Positions 27,616-33,993 of a DNA stretch of 33,993 nucleotides are shown here, one piece after another. The translations under genes were made by a program, and so were the position numbers. The notes beneath the pieces are model-generated. The model was given only the letters and a program-made list of their open reading frames with translations. It did not search any database and had not been told where the DNA came from. The stretch is taken from assembly GCA_964583985.1 (NCBI GenBank), contig CAZOYD010000039.1, positions 1-33,993 of the forward strand, read 5' to 3'. This DNA comes from an uncultured archaeon (GTDB lineage: Archaea > Asgardarchaeota > Lokiarchaeia > Sigyniarchaeales > SOKP01). Numbering within the stretch: the stretch's first letter is position 1; each line of letters starts with the position of its first letter.

Positions 27616-28785
27616 TCAAATTGAATCTAAAAAATCTCTTAACTCAATAATTGGGTCAATTATATCATTATCAAGATTAGTTTGAGCAGTAAAGTTACTT
27701 CCACCTCCTTTTCCACCATATTTCTTAATTAATCCTTGAACAATTCCATTGGCATTTGCCTTTTTAGAAAAAGATACGATTTGATAATGATTTTGTCCCA
27801 ACTGTATAAAAAGTAAGGAATCAGAGGGAAATTCATCTACCACCTTCTTTAGTATTTTACTATCAATCTGATACTCAAACAGAAATATATTAAAACCTTT
27901 GTATACGCTACTCGGACATCTCGAAGTTAATTTCAAATTGTCAGTTTTTAAAGAATTAATAAGTACTTTATTCTCCTCATGTTCCTTCAAGATTGATTGA
28001 ATTTTTGCAGTTACTTTATCCAATCCTGTGTTAAGCTCATTAGAAAGGTTTACTAAATCAATATTTAGATTTGAAATAAGATCTACCGCTTTTTTACCAA
28101 CGATATATTTTAAATCTGTTCCTTTTTTAAAATCCGTAATAATTACCGGCCCTATTTCAATTAACTTTTTTACATGAGTACCTCCGCAACAAACAAGATC
28201 AAGATCGTTGATTTTAATAACCCGTAATTCTTCTTTTTCTGGAATTTCTGATCTTATTAACCGTTCAATCTTAAAAATTTCTTCTTTAGAAAATCTCTCA
28301 GCGGTAATTTCTTTACTACTTGATATACAAATTGCATTTATTTTTTTAAATGCTTCAATCATTTGCGTATCAGTTATCTGTTGATCGAGCTGAATTTGTG
28401 CATTTTCAAATTCTATATTTGCCCTCACCGTCTTAGCATTATATAGATCGAGAAAAATAGCTGAAATAATATGTTGGGAGGTATGAGCTTTCATAATACC
28501 ATAGCGATATTTCCAATCAATCTTTCCAATTATTTCATCTCCAATTTTAACTTTTTTAAGGAATTCTGGAGAAGTATAATGTATTATATTATCATTAGTT
28601 ATTTCAACATAATCTACAGTTGTTTGGATATCATCCCCATATAAAATTCCTCTATCACATGCCTGGTTTCCACTAGTTGGAAAAAATAAAGTTTTGTCCA
28701 GAATAACTCCTCCCTTTTGAATAGAACTTACTTTTGCAGTGAATTCTACAGCATATGGATTATCCCAATATAATTTTTGAGTCAT
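27616..28785 (-). CDS. alaX: AlaX-type alanyl-tRNA editing protein with a DHHA1-like C-terminus
   Basis: MTQKLYW, LDKTLFFPTSG, HTSQH (HxxxH), CCGGTHV (CxxxH) and GGKGGGS. Confidence 0.88.
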   Translation of the reverse strand: MTQKLYWDNPYAVEFTAKVSSIQKGGVILDKTLFFPTSGNQACDRGILYGDDIQTTVDYVEITNDNIIHYTSPEFLKKVKIGDEIIGKIDWKYRYGIMKAHTSQHIISAIFLDLYNAKTVRANIEFENAQIQLDQQITDTQMIEAFKKINAICISSSKEITAERFSKEEIFKIERLIRSEIPEKEELRVIKINDLDLVCCGGTHVKKLIEIGPVIITDFKKGTDLKYIVGKKAVDLISNLNIDLVNLSNELNTGLDKVTAKIQSILKEHEENKVLINSLKTDNLKLTSRCPSSVYKGFNIFLFEYQIDSKILKKVVDEFPSDSLLFIQLGQNHYQIVSFSKKANANGIVQGLIKKYGGKGGGSNFTAQTNLDNDIIDPIIELRDFLDSI

Positions 28786-29075
28786 TTTTCTCAGAAATTC
28801 AAATATTTCTTTTAAACTTTCAAATTTAAGATTTTAAATGATTGAAGTAATTTATATAAACTGAATGTTGATAAAATCGTCAAAATATGCTCAATATTAA
28901 TGCATTTAGGAAGAAAAATTTAATAATTTGCTTTATCTATTCTGTTTCTTAATAAAAATCATTAATTCATATCATTTAATCAATTTAAATTTGATATCTA
29001 AAATATTTTTTTAGTAACTACATGTTATTTATTCAATTGAAAAATTAATTATTCTAAACGTAATCTGCAAACAAA

Positions 29076-32000
29076 ATGAACATTCAAATTCAAGGAGCGC
29101 AAGAAAATAACCTCAAAAATTTTGATATTGAAATCGGTGAAGGATTGACTGCTGTGACTGGAGTATCCGGATCTGGTAAATCTTCGCTTGTTTTTAATAT
29201 TATTTATCATGAAGCACGTAGACGATTCTTAGAACAGTTTTCTTCTAGTTCAAGAGGTATTAGATTGGAACCAGCAAGGGTAGACTCGATTAAGGGTTTA
29301 AAGCCTGTGGTTGCTGTTGGTCAAAATCTATTAAATAGAAATCCAAATTCTATTTTAGCCACGGCATCAGGAATTCACCCTCTCTTAAGGATGTTATATG
29401 CAAGATTTGGAAAAAGGAAATGTCCCAACTGTCTTTCTGATATTTCAATTACTTCGGAAGATGAAATAGTTAAAATATTGATGAAAGAAAAACTGATTGG
29501 AGATATTATAATACTTGCTCAGTTGGTTAAATCTTCTATTGGAACTCATAAGACGTTATTAGGTTTTCTTTATGAGGAATTTGGTGAAAATTTGATTGTT
29601 GATGGAGAACCTTGGAATAAAAATGAACTTGCATCTAATGAACCTCATGATATTGATATTAAAATCTCCGTTCTTGGAAAGAGGAATTCTATAAATGAAG
29701 TTCGTAACACAATTAAAATGATAAAGTCATTAGGAACACATGTTCTACAGATTAAAAATGATGATAATAAAAAAGTTAGTTATTCACTAACTAATACTTG
29801 TTCTGAGTGTGGAGCTTATTTATTTCAAGTGGAACCAAAACATTTCAATATGGAATGTCCTTATTGTAATAGTAAAGGATGTGATAAATGCTCGCAAACA
29901 GGAATGCTTCCCTTAGTTTCTAATATTACGATAGATAATAAGATCTTTCCACAGGTATTAGAATTATCTGTTGAAAAATTTAAAGAAATTATTAATACGA
30001 TTGATCTCCCCCCAACTTCTCAAAGGATTCTTCAAGAAATAACAAAGCGCTTGACAGCATTGCATAAAGTTGGATTAGGATATTTATCTTTAAATCGATC
30101 TTCACCCTCACTTTCAAGGGGAGAAGCTCAACGGGTTAGAATAGCACTTACTTTGATTAATGATTTGGAGGACATTCTTTATGTATTAGATGAACCTACT
30201 ATTGGTCAACATCCATATGATGTTAATCAATTCTTACCAAATTTTCGAGATTTAAAAGGTTCAGTTATTTATGTAGAACATGATAAACTTGCCGTGTCAA
30301 TAGCAGATAACGTTATTGATCTAGGACCTAACGCGGGGCAAAATGGTGGTGAAATCACATTTATGGGCACTCCAACAGAATTGTGGCTATCTAATACACT
30401 CACGGGAAGATATTTTAGTTCAAGAGATAAAATAGATTTGCCCAAATTGAGATCAAGTCCAAAAGAATTTATATTTATTGAGGGGGCAACGCTACATAAT
30501 CTAAAAAAAATTAACGTAAAAATCCCTCTTCATTGTGTTTCTGTCGTTACTGGTGTATCTGGGTCGGGTAAAAGTACTTTAATAGAGGATGTTTTATATC
30601 AATCTTTAGCTAAGAAAAAGCCGATTGGATGCGTCAGAATAGATGCTCCAGAGATAAAAGCAATAATGGTAGATCAGAGCCCTATAGGAAAAAATCCTAG
30701 GTCAAATCCTGCAACTTACACTAAAATCGCAGATATTTTGAGGAGATTCTTTGAAAAAGAAACAGGTCTGGATTCATCATATTTTTCGTTTAACAGACCA
30801 GAAGGTGCTTGTCCTACGTGCAAAGGAATGGGAGCAATCGAAGTTAACATGAAATATTTACCATCGACTTGGATATCTTGTTCTGATTGTGATCAACAAA
30901 GATTTAAAGAAGAGATCTTAGAGAAAAAAATAAAAATTGGGAGCAAAAGGCTATCAATCGCTGATGTTTTTAATCTTAATATTACTGAATTGAAAAATTT
31001 AATCAAATCAGATGATAGGATATCAACTGGAGACTTAGAAAACTTGGTAGCAATGTTAAAAACTCTTGAAGATATTGGGTTAGGTTATTTACCCTTAGGG
31101 CAACCTTCTCCATCACTTTCTGGAGGAGAAGCCCAACGTATTAAATTGGCAAAATATTTAGGCAAAAAAGAACTTAGTGATCATCTAATTATCCTTGATG
31201 AACCATCAACAGGACTTCATACAAAAGATATAGAAAATTTACTTACTATTTTTGATAAATTAACAAGAGAAGGAGCAACTATCCTAATTGTAGAACATAA
31301 TATAGATATTATCAAAGCTGCAGATTGGATTATTGATTTAGGTCCAAAAGCTGGAGAGGATGGAGGAAACCTAATTTATTCGGGTAAATTAGATGGATTA
31401 CTTAAATTGGAAGAAAATTCTCTTACTTCGAAAGCATTAATTATGGATGCCTTAATCAAACCTTCCTCCTTAGAAAAAAAGAGTATACATCATGAAAATA
31501 TTATCATTAAAAAAGCACGTGCAAATAACTTAAAAAATATATCGCTTGAAATACCAAAAAGCAAAATCACCGTGATAACAGGGGTTTCAGGATCTGGGAA
31601 ATCGAGTTTATTGAATAATGTGATTGAGACAGAAGCAAGAAAACGGTTCTTGGAAACTCTGAGCATGTATGAACGTCAAGGAACTAGAGAAAAAGTAACT
31701 GCAGATGTGGATAGTATCTTAGGATTGGGGATAACGTCATCCATAACTCCCACGGAAGAACTTTATTTTACTCGTTTTAAAATACGTAATACCATTGGGA
31801 TAGTTACTGAAATTTCATATCTCCTTTCAATTTTGTTAGCTTTTGTGGGAGAAATGAATTGCCCTCAATGTGGATCCATAACAACAAGGAAAGATACTCT
31901 ATTCCAATGTCAAAAATGTGGATTTGAAATGAGAATTCCGAAACCATCATACTTCCACACTTCATCTTATGTAGGTGCGTGTACAAAATGTCATGGTGTT

Positions 32001-33953
32001 GGAACAATACAACAACCTAAACCTGAAAAACTTATTATAAACCCAGATAAACCAATTTGCAAAGGGGCAATGTATTCACCTGGTTTTTTTCCTAAAGGAT
32101 TTCTATGTAAACCATATAATGGAGGATATTATATGCTTCAAGCACTTGCAAAACATTATAATTTTGATCCTTTCCTAACTCCTTGGAATGAAATGGCTAA
32201 ACCCGCACAACAGGCTTTTCTTCATGGAGATAATGTTAAGCTGAAAGTAACCTATGAGAATAAGAAAGGTCAAGTATACGAAAAAGAAGAAAAATATCCC
32301 GGATTTTACGAAGGTTATATCAGAGACTGGGATATTGGAGGCACTTATACTGAAACCATACCATGTTCAAGTTGTAATGGAGCGAAGCTTAAACCTGAAT
32401 ATTTATCTATCACCTTAGGAGATTTTAATATTCATCAATTAAGTGAAATTCCATTAACAGACCTATTTGAAAAATTAGAATCTTTAAATTTAAAAAATTT
32501 GAAAACCCGCTTGATAAAGAATAGTGCAGAGACAATTTTACGAAGATTAAGTTTTTTAATCAAGACAGGTTTAGGATATGTCAACCTAAATCGAATTGCG
32601 GGTTCACTTTCTGCCGGTGAAACACAAAGAATCAGGTTAGCGGGATTACTTGGAAGTGAGTTATCATCTCTAACCATACTATTAGATGAACCATCGAGAG
32701 GCTTACACCCTACAGAATTAGGCGCTTTACAAGAAGTTTTATATGACCTTCGAGATATGGGAAATACTCTCATCGTTGTGGAACATGACATACAATTGAT
32801 TAAAAATTCTGATTATATAATCGATTTAGGACCAGAGGCCGGGATTAATGGAGGTTATATCACTGCTCAAGGTAATCCTAAAGAATTTATACATGAAAAT
32901 TCAATCACCGCTAAATGGATGAGAGGAGATGTTCAATTTACTATTAACCCAAGAAAATTAAAACCAAAAAAGTGGTTAGAGATTATAGGAGCTAAAGAAA
33001 ATAATCTCAAGGGAAACATTGTTCAAATCCCTCACAATTATTTGGTAGGAATATGTGGTGTATCTGGTTCAGGTAAAAGTTCCTTAATTGTTGATACATT
33101 AGGTAGAATTTTGTCTCCAAAAAAGCAAACCACCTCAGTAGCTTATGAACCAATTTTACCAGGAAAATATGAAGATCTTAAAGGAATATTATCTGAAAAT
33201 ATAATAATTGATCAATCAAAAGAAAAAGTAAATCGCCCATTGAAATTCTTGAAATTAGATAAAGATTTATTAAAAATTTATTCCGACTCAGAGGATGCAC
33301 AACTTAAAGGTTATTCTGAGAGAGATTTAAGTAAAAAATGTTCCGCGTGTGATGGGAAAGGTGTGATAAAAACAGAGATGGGATTTTTACCAGATATTTT
33401 TGATAATTGTGAGATTTGTAAAGGTACTGGCTACTCTCAAGAATCATGGGATATTCGCGTTAATGGTTTTTCCCTTCCTGAACTAAATTATTTAACTTTT
33501 GTTGAAATAGGGAAATTATTTTATTATGTGGAACCAATCAAACGAAAAATAGATTTACTTAAAAAAGTAGGATTAGGATATCTAAAATTAAATCAACCAC
33601 TCGTTACTCTCTCTGGTGGTGAAGTTCAACGCTTGAAAATCGTCAAGGAGCTAAATAGAAAGAGCAAGAAAAAAACTTTATATATTTTAGATGAACCAAC
33701 TGTAGGATTACATTTAGAAGATGTATCGCGGTTGATCAATGTTCTTCAAGATTTGGTTGATGAAGGTAATACAGTAGTCACAATTGAACATCATCCTCAT
33801 TTCTTAGCGTCTTGTGATTGGTTAATTGAACTTGGACCAGTAGGAGGTCCCAATGGCGGATATATAATTGCTGCCGGAACCCCTTCCGAAATAGCATGGA
33901 TGAATACCCCTACCGCACCTTACATAAAAGAAATTTTGGAGGGATCGCAATGA
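29076..33953 (+). CDS. uvrA: Double-length UvrA-family ABC ATPase (two UvrA units in tandem)
   Basis: Four Walker A GVSGSGKS, four signatures (LSRGE, LSGGE, LSAGE, LSGGE), four LDEP and several CxxC pairs. Confidence 0.9.
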   Translation: MNIQIQGAQENNLKNFDIEIGEGLTAVTGVSGSGKSSLVFNIIYHEARRRFLEQFSSSSRGIRLEPARVDSIKGLKPVVAVGQNLLNRNPNSILATASGIHPLLRMLYARFGKRKCPNCLSDISITSEDEIVKILMKEKLIGDIIILAQLVKSSIGTHKTLLGFLYEEFGENLIVDGEPWNKNELASNEPHDIDIKISVLGKRNSINEVRNTIKMIKSLGTHVLQIKNDDNKKVSYSLTNTCSECGAYLFQVEPKHFNMECPYCNSKGCDKCSQTGMLPLVSNITIDNKIFPQVLELSVEKFKEIINTIDLPPTSQRILQEITKRLTALHKVGLGYLSLNRSSPSLSRGEAQRVRIALTLINDLEDILYVLDEPTIGQHPYDVNQFLPNFRDLKGSVIYVEHDKLAVSIADNVIDLGPNAGQNGGEITFMGTPTELWLSNTLTGRYFSSRDKIDLPKLRSSPKEFIFIEGATLHNLKKINVKIPLHCVSVVTGVSGSGKSTLIEDVLYQSLAKKKPIGCVRIDAPEIKAIMVDQSPIGKNPRSNPATYTKIADILRRFFEKETGLDSSYFSFNRPEGACPTCKGMGAIEVNMKYLPSTWISCSDCDQQRFKEEILEKKIKIGSKRLSIADVFNLNITELKNLIKSDDRISTGDLENLVAMLKTLEDIGLGYLPLGQPSPSLSGGEAQRIKLAKYLGKKELSDHLIILDEPSTGLHTKDIENLLTIFDKLTREGATILIVEHNIDIIKAADWIIDLGPKAGEDGGNLIYSGKLDGLLKLEENSLTSKALIMDALIKPSSLEKKSIHHENIIIKKARANNLKNISLEIPKSKITVITGVSGSGKSSLLNNVIETEARKRFLETLSMYERQGTREKVTADVDSILGLGITSSITPTEELYFTRFKIRNTIGIVTEISYLLSILLAFVGEMNCPQCGSITTRKDTLFQCQKCGFEMRIPKPSYFHTSSYVGACTKCHGVGTIQQPKPEKLIINPDKPICKGAMYSPGFFPKGFLCKPYNGGYYMLQALAKHYNFDPFLTPWNEMAKPAQQAFLHGDNVKLKVTYENKKGQVYEKEEKYPGFYEGYIRDWDIGGTYTETIPCSSCNGAKLKPEYLSITLGDFNIHQLSEIPLTDLFEKLESLNLKNLKTRLIKNSAETILRRLSFLIKTGLGYVNLNRIAGSLSAGETQRIRLAGLLGSELSSLTILLDEPSRGLHPTELGALQEVLYDLRDMGNTLIVVEHDIQLIKNSDYIIDLGPEAGINGGYITAQGNPKEFIHENSITAKWMRGDVQFTINPRKLKPKKWLEIIGAKENNLKGNIVQIPHNYLVGICGVSGSGKSSLIVDTLGRILSPKKQTTSVAYEPILPGKYEDLKGILSENIIIDQSKEKVNRPLKFLKLDKDLLKIYSDSEDAQLKGYSERDLSKKCSACDGKGVIKTEMGFLPDIFDNCEICKGTGYSQESWDIRVNGFSLPELNYLTFVEIGKLFYYVEPIKRKIDLLKKVGLGYLKLNQPLVTLSGGEVQRLKIVKELNRKSKKKTLYILDEPTVGLHLEDVSRLINVLQDLVDEGNTVVTIEHHPHFLASCDWLIELGPVGGPNGGYIIAAGTPSEIAWMNTPTAPYIKEILEGSQ

Positions 33954-33993
33954 CCTGGATTCCCTTATTGCTCGCAGATCCATCACCTTCCCT
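33950..33993 (+). CDS. Start of a downstream gene translationally coupled to uvrA (MTWIPLLLADPSPS...), truncated by the window
   Basis: ATGA overlap at 33950-33953, upstream GGAGG, and a frame open to the window end. Confidence 0.6.
   Translation, partial: MTWIPLLLADPSPS

Noticed and set aside
28884-28900. AATATGCTC-AATATTAA resembling the two ends of the thiolase insert in permuted order
   Set aside because: Two 9-nt AT-rich matches in an AT-rich spacer are plausible by chance, and the hairpin core and CTAG are absent.
2749-32791. Other short ORFs nested in or antisense to long genes (e.g. 2749, 3755, 6210, 8689, 11680, 17229, 19551, 20326, 21543, 23770, 25771-27434, 31804, 32435)
   Set aside because: They overlap confident CDSs and have no recognisable motifs.

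Overview
Low-GC (roughly 30% by eye) archaeal chromosomal region. It most likely comes from an Asgard archaeon (Lokiarchaeia-like), inferred from an Asgard-type profilin, longin/uDENN-like and roadblock-like proteins, a DRG-family GTPase and GGTGA/GGAGG ribosome-binding sites. About 23 protein genes are present. They include an SCP2-type thiolase with an HMG-CoA-synthase-like/DUF35 fusion, a GNAT, an enolase-superfamily enzyme, a SNF2+SWIM pair, sugar genes (MFS, GH4, NagB-like, SqvD/FucI-like isomerase, YihQ-like GH31), an amino-acid dehydrogenase-CBS fusion, AlaX and a double-length UvrA. I saw no rRNA, tRNA, CRISPR array or transposase. The top finding is that the thiolase gene is interrupted by a 31-nt AT-rich insert (603-633). 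The insert folds with its flanks into a bulge-helix-bulge/loop motif, and removing it at the standard tRNA-splicing-endonuclease cut positions exactly restores the reading frame, making it a candidate archaeal-type mRNA intron. The second finding is a translationally coupled sulfoquinovose-isomerase-like and sulfoquinovosidase-like pair, suggesting sulfosugar catabolism in this archaeon. All family assignments are from motif recognition only; no database searches were run.
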